Positions 12,403 through 24,921 of a stretch of 63,047 bases of DNA are shown in pieces. This DNA comes from Octopus bimaculoides (lineage: Eukaryota). Made by a program: the position numbers and the translations under genes. The DNA is taken from assembly GCF_001194135.2 (NCBI RefSeq), contig NC_068982.1, positions 136,347,151 through 136,410,197 on the forward strand, written 5' to 3'. The notes beneath the pieces were generated by a model, which worked only from the letters and a program-made list of their open reading frames with translations, did not search any database and was not told the origin of the DNA. Positions within the stretch are counted from its first letter, which is position 1. Each line of letters opens with the position of its first letter.

Positions 12403-13386
12403 NNNNNNNNNNNNNNNNNNNNNNNNNNNNNNNNNNNNNNNNNNNNNNNNNNNNNNNNNNNNNNNNNNNNNNNNNNNNNNNNNNNNNNNNNNNNNNNNNN
12501 NNNNNNNNNNNNNNNNNNNNNNNNNNNNNNNNNNNNNNNNNNNNNNNNNNNNNNNNNNNNNNNNNNNNNNNNNNNNNNNNNNNNNNNNNNNNNNNNNNNN
12601 NNNNNNNNNNNNNNNNNNNNNNNNNNNNNNNNNNNNNNNNNNNNNNNNNNNNNNNNNNNNNNNNNNNNNNNNNNNNNNNNNNNNNNNNNNNNNNNNNNNN
12701 NNNNNNNNNNNNNNNNNNNNNNNNNNNNNNNNNNNNNNNNNNNNNNNNNNNNNNNNNNNNNNNNNNNNNNNNNNNNNNNNNNNNNNNNNNNNNNNNNNNN
12801 NNNNNNNNNNNNNNNNNNNNNNNNNNNNNNNNNNNNNNNNNNNNNNNNNNNNNNNNNNNNNNNNNNNNNNNNNNNNNNNNNNNNNNNNNNNNNNNNNNNN
12901 NNNNNNNNNNNNNNNNNNNNNNNNNNNNNNNNNNNNNNNNNNNNNNNNNNNNNNNNNNNNNNNNNNNNNNNNNNNNNNNNNNNNNNNNNNNNNNNNNNNN
13001 NNNNNNNNNNNNNNNNNNNNNNNNNNNNNNNNNNNNNNNNNNNNNNNNNNNNNNNNNNNNNNNNNNNNNNNNNNNNNNNNNNNNNNNNNNNNNNNNNNNN
13101 NNNNNNNNNNNNNNNNNNNNNNNNNNNNNNNNNNNNNNNNNNNNNNNNNNNNNNNNNNNNNNNNNNNNNNNNNNNNNNNNNNNNNNNNNNNNNNNNNNNN
13201 NNNNNNNNNNNNNNNNNNNNNNNNNNNNNNNNNNNNNNNNNNNNNNNNNNNNNNNNNNNNNNNNNNNNNNNNNNNNNNNNNNNNNNNNNNNNNNNNNNNN
13301 NNNNNNNNCAACGGCAAAAAGCTTCAGTCTCTATTTTGTGTGTGAGTGTGTGTGTGAGTGTGTATCAGAGAGAGAGAGAGAGTAAA

Positions 13387-14349
13387 TCTATACTATATAT
13401 AAAACAGAGATGTGTTTGTAATCGCTTTTCACGTGAAATCGACTTCACCAAATGCTTCCATACTTGTGATGCGTGAATAATTTGACCTCGGATAAATGTT
13501 AGGCTCTTCATTTGATTTTTTTAATTAAAAATAAATAATATTGCTTTATATTTAAGATTCACTTCTTTAAAAAGGTTCCTCAATGTCAACTTCCGGTATT
13601 GACGTTACAACGGCAAAAAGCTTCAGTCTCTATTTTGTGTGTGAGTGTGTGTGTGAGTGTGTATCAGAGAGAGAGAGAGAGTAAATATTACATACACACC
13701 GCTCTCTCACTCTGTCTCATACACATACACACGCACACACACACTCCTTGACTCACTCACACTTTGTCTCTGACAAGCACACACATACATAAATGTATAC
13801 AAACATATTTACAAAGTCACACGTATGTATGCGCGTGCGTGCGTGTTTGTAAGAGACAGAGTGTGAGTGAGTCAAGGGCTGTGTTGTCATATGCATACAT
13901 CCAAAGATGTATGTATATTTATGCATGTACGTATACATGACAACAAACCTCTCTCTCTCTCACTCACACTCTGTCTCTTACAAACACACACATACATAAA
14001 TGTATACAAACATATTTACAAAGACACACGTGTGTATGCGTGCACGCATGCGTGCGTGCGTGGGGAGTTCCACAATCCCCATTTATTTCAATTACTCTTG
14101 TGAGGATATTCACGTAAATCATTTTTTCCATTTAATCCCCATTTTAATTTTCGTAAAAGTTTCCAAGTACCAATGAGGCTTTTTGGCACACCATCAATTT
14201 TCTCCATTCATGAGAGGCGCCCAGCCATCATTCATTTGAGAGTCCATCTACAGAATGTCCTCTCAAATTTCTATACATATTTTGCCTTTTTTTCTTCAAG
14301 TATATAAACAACAATTTCATTCCCGAGCAACGCCGGGTGCCTCTGCTAG
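13387..14349 (+). mobile_element. Non-autonomous Helitron-like element
   Basis: 5' A|TCTATACTATATATAAAA start; subterminal GC hairpin-like cccgagcaacgccggg; 3' CTAG|T end at 14349. These match canonical Helitron TC...CTRR termini inserted between A and T. Confidence 0.75.
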
Positions 14350-14545
14350 TACTACATACACACCGCTCTCTCACTCGGTCTCACACACATACACACGCAC
14401 ACATACATCCAAAAATGATGGATGCATATGACAATACACCCCTTGACTCACTCACACTCTGTCTCTTACAAATACACACATCCATAAATATATACAAACA
14501 TATTTAGAAAGACACACGTGTGTATGCGCGCGATCGCGTGTGTGC

Positions 14546-14612
<67 letters not shown>

Positions 14613-15029
14613 GACAGAGACAGAGACAGACAGAGCCAGTGAAGGGATGTCAAGAATCGTATAAATAAAAGCACGTTAAAAACTATCTTGTACGGAATAT
14701 TTAACTTTATGAACTTTGTAAATATGTGTTTCAGTAATTGATCGTAGTTGTTTACAGAAAGCGAACATTAAAAGTAGAGAGTGAGAGACGTCGCCGTTTT
14801 TTCACGTCCGTACCGGAAGTTGACATTGAGAAACCTTTTTAAAGAAGTGAATCTTAAATATAAAGCAATATTATTTACTTTTAATTAGAGATAAAAAAAA
14901 TCAAATGAAGAGCCTAAGATTTATCCGAGGTCAAATTATTCATGTATGACAAGTATGGAAGTAAATAGTGAAGCCGTTTTCACGTGATAAGCGATTACAC
15001 ACATATCTCTGTTTTATATATAGTATAGA
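14350..15029 (-). mobile_element. Second Helitron-like copy, inverted, lacking its own 3' CTAG end
   Basis: 14810-15029 is the diverged reverse complement of 13387-13600, starting A|TCTATACTATATATAAAACAGAGA on the minus strand. Confidence 0.65.
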
Positions 15030-15031
15030 TG

Positions 15032-15330
15032 AAATAGTGGCACAACAAGGTACTATTTTTTGCTAGAAATAGCAGTCGATAACCGTTTGATCCCGGGTAA
15101 GGTTTCATTGAATATTTAGAGGCAGAGATGTGTGCGGACGGCGAATATAGAAAAAAAACATTTTCGTCTTACATCTAGGGAGGATGCCTAGTACTCGAAC
15201 CTTGTACTCGAGTTTCGAACTTTTCAGAATACGTCTGTTAGCGTAAAACTGTTTCGCTCTCTTACCTGGCGTCAAACGGTTATCGACTGCTATTTCTTGC
15301 AAAAAATGGTACCTTTTTGTGCCATCATTT
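15032..15330. mobile_element. MITE with ~65-bp terminal inverted repeats, superfamily unassigned
   Basis: Left tggcacaacaaggtactattttttgctagaaatagcagtcgataaccgtttgatcccgggtaag versus the reverse complement of the right end tggcacaaaaaggtaccattttttgcaagaaatagcagtcgataaccgtttgacgccaggtaag. No clear TSD. Confidence 0.85.
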
Positions 15331-16053
15331 CCTATTTATAATAATTCTTCTTTAACTGTGCTTAATTTTGCTGGAAAATATTATTATTATAATGTTTATA
15401 NNNNNNNNNNNNNNNNNNNNNNNNNNNNNNNNNNNNNNNNNNNNNNNNNNNNNNNNNNNNNNNNNNNNNNNNNNNNNNNNNNNNNNNNNNNNNNNNNNNN
15501 NNNNNNNNNNNNNNNNNNNNNNNNNNNNNNNNNNNNNNNNNNNNNNNNNNNNNNNNNNNNNNNNNNNNNNNNNNNNNNNNNNNNNNNNNNNNNNNNNNNN
15601 NNNNNNNNNNNNNNNNNNNNNNNNNNNNNNNNNNNNNNNNNNNNNNNNNNNNNNNNNNNNNNNNNNNNNNNNNNNNNNNNNNNNNNNNNNNNNNNNNNNN
15701 NNNNNNNNNNNNNNNNNNNNNNNNNNNNNNNNNNNNNNNNNNNNNNNNNNNNNNNNNNNNNNNNNNNNNNNNNNNNNNNNNNNNNNNNNNNNNNNNNNNN
15801 NNNNNNNNNNNNNNNNNNNNNNNNNNNNNNNNNNNNNNNNNNNNNNNNNNNNNNNNNNNNNNNNNNNNNNNNNNNNATATGCGTGTATGTGTGTATGTGC
15901 GTGTGCGTGTGTTTTTGTGTATATGTGTGCGCGCACACGTGCGTGTATGTGTGTGATATTTGTGAAAAACCTATGAGAATGTAAATTAATGTGAATGATT
16001 ATCTTATAAATACTTTAACTTTTAGAATGAGAAAGTTTAGTACGGAATTTACT

Positions 16054-16195
16054 GAGCGCGGCTGTTTGTTAAGAAATTTGCTTCCCAACCACATGGTTGT
16101 GAGATCAACTCCACAGTGTAGACCTTTCGTCACGTGTCTTTTACCATAGCTCCGGGACGACCAAAGCTTTGTAAGTGGATTTGGAAAAACGAAAG
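16054..16195 (+). mobile_element. SINE group A, 5' fragment
   Basis: cttcccaaccacatggtt...gaccaaagctttgtaagtggatttgg matches the other group A copies. Confidence 0.8.
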
Positions 16196-16728
16196 GGAAA
16201 AAATATTTTATATGTATATGCTGATGGTGAATATATGCTGAGGGTGCCATATAGGTGGAATTTATTGAATACCAAAATAATATTTTGGTGCAGTTAATAG
16301 TGTAAAAGATGGAAGGATATTGATAACTATCTCGATTTCAAACAGGGAGATTGCAATTTCTTGACCATATCGGGTATTGGAACAACTATTAAGAATGGAC
16401 AAGTAAATCAGTCGGTTTAAAGAATGAAATGTAAAACAACGAAAGATGAAAAACTGAAGATATGAAGAATTACGAGCAGGAAGAAGAAAGAATGGATGAT
16501 GTCCTTTTTGTTTTTACCTGAAGAAAGCACATAAAGAAAGAGACAAGATGGCGATTAATGAAATGAATATGTTATAGAGGTGGGAATTAAGATGCTATAC
16601 AGTTATGTGTGTGTGTTAGGAAGGTGTGAATGGATACAAAAATGGTTCTTATAAAATGCCTTTCGTTCCAAGAACCTTTATTATAAGCAAAAAGAATAAA
16701 CATAGAAATAGCTACACACACACACACA

Positions 16729-16794
<66 letters not shown>

Positions 16795-17321
16795 CGCATC
16801 ACATCGCTCGGTTTAACACTGGCGACGAAGAATATCTGCGGTCGTTCAACCTTCTGGCATTTCAGAATAATCTATCTCTCTAAAATCACACGCTACCGTC
16901 ATAAAGAAAGCCAATATATATCAGTCCAGGTTAATATAGATTTGGTTAAACTAAACCTTTGGAATTAAGACGATGGTCATGGGTGGAATCACTTTGACTA
17001 AAACTTATTCGTTTCTGAAATTATATGGATCTAAAGTTTTTTCATGTGTGGCTTTAGTAGTGTTGCCCTGCTACTCTCAATGGAACGAGGTTCGTAGCTG
17101 TGAGTTATCGCCAACTTGCCTCTAATATCGCTCGATTTACCCCTGTAAACAATTTAATGAACACACGCCCAGGTATTACACAACCATCTTCTCCGTCCAT
17201 ACCTTATGGTGATTAAATTTAGTTGAGTCAGTGTAGTAATAAAATGTGTATCTACTGTTGCATCCTCAACAGCTAAATGGTCCACTGAAACCGTCCTCTT
17301 AGGCATCTGTCTCTTTCTGTT

Positions 17322-17324
17322 TCT

Positions 17325-17404
<80 letters not shown>

Positions 17405-17421
17405 CTCTATCTCTCTATCTG

Positions 17422-17453
<32 letters not shown>
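17322..17453. repeat. (CT)n-(CTAT)n microsatellite
   Basis: Directly visible. Confidence 0.95.
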
Positions 17454-17454
<1 letters not shown>

Positions 17455-18170
17455 GTGGTTAACCTCAAAACACCCTGTCCTCACACCAAAAGGATTAGGA
17501 GAATGAAAATTATATGGTATAACCCACCTTTTCACCTAGACGTTTCTACCAACGTAGCTTGGGGTTTCCTGCTGCTAATTAAGAAACAATTCCCCAGAGG
17601 CCTTATGTATTCCAAACTCGTCAATGCCATAATGTCAAAGTGAGCTACTCCTGCTTAGACTACATCGCATCTAACATAGCATGCATCAACAGACGTTAAA
17701 AATGAACCTACACGACCTGCAGCCCCAACCTGCAACTTCCGAAAGCACGTCATGTACTCTCTAGGAGCATCTTGTCTTTCAAGGACTGTAGTATGCAGAT
17801 TCACCCTTACACAATCCGATGGCATTACTAGGCACTATACAGGTATGACAGCTAATGATTTCAAGGGACGATACTCCCAACATATGCACTCATACGGATC
17901 CAGGGACAGAGAGGACTCTACTTCCCTGTCTCACTTTTACCGGAGACTCTGTGATCTTCGAGATGAAATACCCAGCATCAAGTAGGCTATTGTCGACAGA
18001 GCGCAATCATATTCACCCGGCTCCCCAGCTGCCAGCTCTGCCTCCGCGAAAGACTGCATCTCCTTCTACACCCAGCAGTATCCATCAACAAGAAATACGA
18101 TTTATCGTATTGTTGTCACCAGTCATATGCCCTTCTGGCAAATTTCAGGCTTCTGACTGCCGACAACCGT
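17455..18170 (+). mobile_element. Penelope-like element remnant, C-terminal GIY-YIG endonuclease region
   Basis: KIIWYNPPF...KVSYSC...PTCNFRK...CLSRTVVC...RHYTGMTANDFKGRYSQH...STSLSH...CQLCL, the linker plus GIY-YIG pattern of invertebrate PLEs. Frameshifted. Confidence 0.88.
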
Positions 18171-18289
18171 AGAATACAAATATCAGTTAAATCCTCATGT
18201 ATGACAGGTAAATCCAACAACCCTTGTGTAGAATTTTAAGAAATTCAGAGTATTAACAACAATCAACAATATGTATGATGGAGAAAATC

Positions 18290-18294
18290 ATATG

Positions 18295-18328
<34 letters not shown>

Positions 18329-19250
18329 AATTACATATATATATATGCTAATATAATTAATATATAAATATATGCATATGTACATATATATGTACATACC
18401 TACATATATATGTATATATACATGCATATATGGGTAAAAGACATAAAAAGGACACAATGAGAAACGAAAACATAAAATACAAAAACAGAAAAACTTGCAC
18501 AACGAAAAAACACAAACAGGGAAACGAGACATGCAACATAAAGAATATTCCCTTCATCAGTTGTCCCCGTTTTATCTATTCCGCGTTTCGAAGTTAAGGA
18601 CAATATGCGATTTCGTTAAAACAGTCCTTCCCGCAAAGCAAATGAAATAGAATTTGGGATTTTTTGCGTAGCGTGAAAGTAGTAACAAAAACAGGACAGT
18701 GAGAACAAAACAGTAAAAACGAACACTAAGGGCTGTTAAGCCAAGACGATGTGAAGTTATGGAAACTGGAAAAGCGAGCTTTGAGAAGAGACCGAAAAAG
18801 CACGTCTTGTTTTTAGGAAGGAAGTGGCAGAAATGAAGATGGATGGCTTTTCGTCACGTGTGAGAAACGAGAGAATCAAGGAGGAAGAGTGAAAGAGAGA
18901 GAGACGAAACGGTGAAGGGCGAGGAGAAGAATAGGGAAAGGGTGGGAGAGAAAAACAGAAAGGAAGAAGAACAAGAAAGGGAGATAGATAGACAGAGAAG
19001 AGATAGAATAAGAGTGCGCATCGTAATTATTAAGATAAAACATACTTCGAAAAGGATGCGTGGCATTCGATCATAAATAATATAAATAATATACAAATAT
19101 ATGCATATATACATATATATATATGTACATACATATATATGTACATATACATGCGTATATGGGTAAATGACATTAAAAGAAACGTAGACAGTGAGAAACG
19201 AACACAAAAAACAAAGACAATTCATACACACACATACACACACTAAAGGA
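18290..19250 (-). repeat. Non-coding interspersed repeat bounded by ~110-bp direct repeats (PLE pseudo-LTR-like)
   Basis: 18365-18470 resembles 19090-19205 (tatgcatat...gtacatac...tatgggtaaa.gaca.taaaag...tgagaaacgaa). The minus strand has GAAACGCG and CTGATGAAGGG motifs near 18549-18592. The PLE assignment is inference. Confidence 0.5.
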
Positions 19251-19267
19251 ATTAAGATTATAATATA

Positions 19268-19483
19268 ATGGTTTCAAATTTTGGCACAAGGTAAACAATT
19301 TTGAAGGGCGTGGGTTGTCAAATACATCGACCTCAGTGCACAATTGGTACTTGTCTTATCGACCTCGAAAGGATGATAGGCAAAGTCGACCCCATTGGAA
19401 TTTGATCTCAGAACGTCAAGATGGACAAAATACCGCTAAGCGTTTTCCCCGCTGTGCTAACGATTCCGGCAGTACGCCCCACC
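19268..19483 (-). mobile_element. SINE group B (Meta-core type), tail variant B2
   Basis: The reverse complement carries the gtcgactttgcctatcatcctttcgaggtcgataag..gtacc core and the ...ccttgtgccaaaatttgaaacc tail. Confidence 0.85.
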
Positions 19484-19508
19484 TGTGATTAAATCTATTA
19501 TATATTAT

Positions 19509-19803
19509 AGCAACAGCCTGGGTTTCAGGGGAACACAGCTTTGTAATATTCTCCCAAAGAGCCTGAGGAACCTGCACAAAGTGGATATTTGAGTTTTCAA
19601 ATCAAGGCTGGACCTCTTCCTATCGAGAGTCCCCGATTAACTTACCTAACGGCAAGAGCTGCAAATGAGGGTAGCTACATCAAACTCCATTCTTCACCAA
19701 GTGCCACATACTAGAGGAGGCTCTCAGTAAAAGCAGTATAGTAAAATTTGCGGTGCTCCAGCATGGCCACAGCTCTAAACTGAAACTACGGAAGAAAAAG
19801 AAA
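19509..19803 (+). mobile_element. CR1-type LINE 3' end with 3' UTR and tail
   Basis: SNSLGFRGTQLCNILPKSLRNLHKVDI*VFKSRLDLFLSRVPD, then the tail gcggtgctccagcatggccacagctctaaactgaaac and an A-rich end. Confidence 0.88.
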
Positions 19804-20440
19804 ATTATTATAATTAATCATATATACAACTCTTGATAATCTCGATGGATAATTAAAAGAATAAAAATTATAGATAAGAATTCTACGTGATGTTTAATCG
19901 AAGCTTAGATACTAATTAAATTACTTAACTCACTATATTACGCACTTGAATAGAAATTAACCTTATTATATAATAATTAATTAAAATATTATTATAATTT
20001 ATAATTGAAGTATATAAATTTCTATTAAGCATTACGTAGAATTATTCTTCATTTTTTATTCTTTAGTTATCTATTAAGCATAACATAGAATTCTTATCTA
20101 GAGTTTTGTTCTTTAGATATCCAGTGACGTCATCAAATTTGGTAGATAAATATACTGGTTTACTACCTTAGGTTTCTTGTTTTCTTCAATAGATTTCAAA
20201 TTGACAAAAAAATATGGAATTAGTATGGTATTTTATATTTTATTTATAAACTAATTTAGTTATTCAATGACGTCGCTTTTTGTTGAATGAATGAATGAAT
20301 GAATGTCTAAAGTTAAATTCGGTTTGGCTTTTTGATTTTGTTAGCGTTTTATTCAGATGTTCAGTTAGAATTTCTCCAATTCGGATTACCTTGATAATGT
20401 TACGTATATATTATTATTAATTTTAATAATATTATATATG

Positions 20441-20475
<35 letters not shown>

Positions 20476-20829
20476 NNNNNNNNNNNNNNNNNNNNNNNNN
20501 NNNNNNNNNNNNNNNNNNNNNNNNNNNNNNNNNNNNNNNNNNNNNNNNNNNNNNNNNNNNNNNNNNNNNNNNNNNNNNNNNNNNNNNNNNNNNNNNNNNN
20601 NNNNNNNNNNNNNNNNNNNNNNNNNNNNNNNNNNNNNNNNNNNNNNNNNNNNNNNNNNNNNNNNNNNNNNNNNNNNNNNNNNNNNNNNNNNNNNNNNNNN
20701 NNNNNNNNNNNNNNNNNNNNNNNNNNNNNNNNNNNNNNNNNNNNNNNNNNNNNNNNNNNNNNNNNNNNNNNNNNNNNNNNNNNNNNNNNNNNNNNNNNNN
20801 NNNNNNNNNNNNNNNNNNNNNNNNNNNNN

Positions 20830-20887
<58 letters not shown>

Positions 20888-21654
20888 GAGAGAGAGAGAG
20901 GGGGGAGAGATAAGTATACATACATACACACACTCACACACAGATATATGTTAATTCCTATTTATGCTTGCATATATAGAAAGTATACCGAAATATTCAT
21001 ATATAAACAATGTCGAAACACAGTATAGCATAGATAACGGATAAAACAGCATCTGAGTGATAGCTATTGAATGCAGAGTTCAGGATATGTAGGAAGAAGA
21101 TGCCCCCATAAAAATTCCCCACATAAAACTAATTATATATTGATTCTCAATTTTGTCCTCTGCGTACAGGAGCATCTCATATACATATGTGGGTGTGTTT
21201 GTTTGTATTGTAGTGTCACAGGCGTAGTCTGCGATATATCAAACTGAACTCTAATGTATACAGAGAAATGTGATCGGTAAATTTATAAGAACTTCTGTCA
21301 TACCTTTTAATTCTCATTTGTGAAAGATATATGTTACATTTGCTGTTTCCTGTCCAGATCCAGAAATCCATTTTGTCCTAATCCTAACACTACGGCTATT
21401 TACAGAATTGTTTTCAACTTCGCGCTAAGAGTGAATTGCTATATGGAAATTGGAATAACGATAGCATTTATCTTCGAATGAAAATTGGGAAATGCATTTT
21501 GCTTAGATTAAATGTATACGTATACACGCATGCATTAATATATCAAATAAATTACTCAAACGAAATCCATGATAGATTTCTCCAGATTATTTATTATTTC
21601 GCTCCTTTCGTTTCTAAAATATTTTCAGATGGCCTATGTCATATGAGTATGATA

Positions 21655-22920
21655 CGAGGTGGTATCAAAACGTTCTGGGACTAGTTCTAAAGCTCGCCAA
21701 CAAATTGACAACACACGGTTGCATGCGCAGTGAGAACTAGCAGATGCCATCATGTGGCAGTGTTTACTTTGCAAGTTGTGACATTTGTGTTTTTGTGATC
21801 ACTTATAGGCTGTAGTCTGCGATTTTGTGATGGATAGAAAGTTGGAACAAAGAGTCAAAGTTAAATTTTGCTTTAAACTTGGGAAGTCTGCTACGGCAAG
21901 ACTACGGTAACGGGACAGTTGGTCGTACGAAATGTTTCAAGTGTTACGGGCGCTTCAAAAGCGGGCAAACGTTCCTGGAAGATAATGAGCGATCTGGAGG
22001 ACTTGCCGCGAGCGTTGCCCCCAGAAATATGGGGAACATCCATCAGCTTGTGCATGGGGTTGTCGGAGGACAATGAATGACGTTGCTAATGGTGTTGGTC
22101 TGTTGTATAGGTCCGTGCAGACAATCCTAACGTCTGAAGTGAACACGTCACATGCCTCTGTCAAGTTTGTCCCTCGCCTCATGAGCAATGACCAGAAAAA
22201 TATTGAATCGAAGACTGAAAATCTCCGTCAACATGTCACTGATAATCCATTCTTCATGTCGAAGATCATCCCCGGTGACGAGTGTTGAGACTCTAAGACG
22301 AAGCAGCAGTCGTCACATTGGAAGAGTCTTATTTTCATATCAAAAACGGTACGATAGAGCCGTAGTCTCTAAAGAAGAGCATGCTCATCGTTTTTGTTTT
22401 TTTCGACATTCAGGATATTGTGCAACGAGAATCCATCTCCCAGGACCAGAATGTAAATCGAGAGTCCCTTTGCAAACTTTCGGAAACGTTTGAGAGGGGA
22501 CATTCGGTAAAAGCGACCGGATCCGTGGTGAACAAATAAGTGGATTCTTCTCGGCGATAAATCTCCCTTTCACCGAGATCCCCTCATTCATGAGCTTCTC
22601 AACAATAATAATATGGTATTGCTTCTGCAGCCGCTCTATTCGCCAAATTTAGCACCTGCAGACTTCGATTTCTTCTACAAGATGAAAATGCAGGTCAATG
22701 GTCAGCGTTTAAACACTTGTCGAGATCAGGAGCAAATCGCAGAATCTCCTCGACTCCCTTATGGAAAAAGACTTCCAGACGGGACTCCAAAAGAGTCAGA
22801 GACGCTGGGATCGTTGTATTGCTGCACAATGTGACTATTTCGAACGAGATTATGTTAAAACTTAGGTAAATAAAGTAAATGAGTAAATTAAAGTAAATGA
22901 GTTCGTTAAAGTACGTCAAT
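21655..22920 (+). mobile_element. Decayed mariner (DD34D) element; right TIR not found
   Basis: TA + cgaggtggtatcaaaacgttc left TIR. Transposase remnants 21830-22865: MDRKLEQRVKVKFCFKLGKSA, FVPRLM, KIIPGDE, YSPNLAPADF.FF, RRWDRCIAAQCDYFE. Confidence 0.9.
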
Positions 22921-23180
22921 TGTTCATTTACATATTTATTTATCTAAAATTTTCGTTGCAACCTTTTCAATACTTGTTGAAAGTGGACATCTACTGAAAA
23001 GGTTGCAAGACGCAATGAAAATTTTAGAAATATGAATAAATAAATGAATGGAAATTTTACCAGTGAGTGTGTTAAAGGCACTGAAAGAGAATGGCTCTAC
23101 TCAGACACAACAGTATATATATGTGTGTGTGTGTGTGAGAGTGCGTGCGTGTGTGTGTGTGGGGGGTGTTCCTTTATTCT

Positions 23181-23570
23181 TTTATTTGTTTCAGTCATTT
23201 GGCTGCGGGAATGCTAGAGCACTGTTTTTAGTCGAACAAATCGAACCGAGGTCTTATTCTTTGTAAGCCTAGTACTTATTTTGTCGGTCACTTTTGCCGA
23301 ACTGCTAAGTTACGGGGACGTAAGCACACCAACATCGGATGTCAAGTGATGCTGGTGGAGAGGATAAACACAGTCACAGAAACATATACAGGCATATGTG
23401 TATATAAACAACAGGCTTCTTTCAGTTTCCGTTTACCAAATCCACTCACAAGGCTTTGGTCGACCCGGGGCTATGGTCGAAAGTACATGTCCAAGGTGCC
23501 ACCCAGTGGGACTGAAGCCGAAACCATGTGGCTGGGAAGCAAGCTTCTTACCACACAGCCACGCCTGCAC

Positions 23571-23573
<3 letters not shown>
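23181..23573 (-). mobile_element. SINE group A, full length
   Basis: Colinear with 37321-37690, 40208-40565 and the reverse complement of 41933-42435; tRNA-like head at the right end. Confidence 0.92.
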
Positions 23574-23642
<69 letters not shown>

Positions 23643-23645
<3 letters not shown>

Positions 23646-23790
23646 GGAGTAAGCACATAAATGTGTAATAAGGTGGAAAAAAGAGTACTCAAATACCAGA
23701 GGTAGAGTAATATGCTTTATTTAAAAGCACCAGAAATATAACAAAAAACTGTTCTTTGTTATATTTCTGCTGCTTTTAAATAAAGTTTAT
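23643..23790. repeat. Probable interspersed repeat fragment (accggagtaagcacataaatg...)
   Basis: Starts abruptly after (AT)n and resembles a common octopus repeat from memory. No second copy in the window. Confidence 0.35.
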
Positions 23791-24647
23791 ATATATAACT
23801 GAGTAAATAATAAATAGTATACATATATATGTCTCTGCGTGTGTATATATGTGTATATAGGAAAACTTGAGCAAATATAACGTGTACGCCTCCGCAAAAT
23901 TAAGAATTTAGATGAACAATCAATGCGTGTTTGTGTCCGTGCGCACGTGTGTTTTTGTGTCACATGTTTGCTACTTCTGACTAGCGTCAAGTCGAATCTG
24001 CAGAGTTTTCATCATCAGATCGCCTAATTACGTAATAAATTATATTGGGGTAAAAGAAAATAACGGACTAACTAGTCATTACAGTGCTACCAGCGTGATA
24101 AGTAAAGAGGTCTATTTTAACGTCTTGTTTTAATACGCTAGCTCTTGTATTTTCATACGTACACAAATTCAGTTTATGCTCAAATTGGTGGTATTTTTAG
24201 TTAAATTAAATGGGATGGGCCGATTTGCATATGTAACACATTCTTGGCAGCTACTTCGATTAAATAAGAAATCATTGGATATTTGAATAAGGAATGTTAT
24301 GGAGATGAAAGTAAAGAGTTAACACCAATTAATTATTATTCAAATTAGCTGCTGAGAAAGTGTTATAATGTAAATTTCTCCATCCAGTTCTTTATAATCT
24401 TCAATGTGAGGTGCTTTATAAGCAGTTTGTGAATAGTTAAGGAAGCTGCATACATACGAAACAGGAGATAGATTTGAAATCAAGAAGTGGAGTCCTTCCT
24501 TGACAATCCGCGAATATATTGTGTGTGTATAGGTGTAATGTAGTGAATCGCTGTAGCATAGTGTTGTTTAAGAATCTATGAAAGTGTTGTATACTATATT
24601 CTAGCATACTACATCTAACAAATGTTGTATAATACCTTAGCAGTTTC

Positions 24648-24680
<33 letters not shown>

Positions 24681-24879
24681 NNNNNNNNNNNNNNNNNNNN
24701 NNNNNNNNNNNNNNNNNNNNNNNNNNNNNNNNNNNNNNNNNNNNNNNNNNNNNNNNNNNNNNNNNNNNNNNNNNNNNNNNNNNNNNNNNNNNNNNNNNNN
24801 NNNNNNNNNNNNNNNNNNNNNNNNNNNNNNNNNNNNNNNNNNNNNNNNNNNNNNNNNNNNNNNNNNNNNNNNNNNNNNN

Positions 24880-24921
<42 letters not shown>

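Noticed and set aside
20024-20135. ~50-bp degenerate duplication followed by a TGACGTCA (CRE) site
   Set aside because: A single 8-mer in AT-rich DNA with no other promoter evidence.
24340-24460. Possible minus-strand terminal exon after atgcag
   Set aside because: Two frames are equally open, no homology is recognisable, and this is expected by chance.
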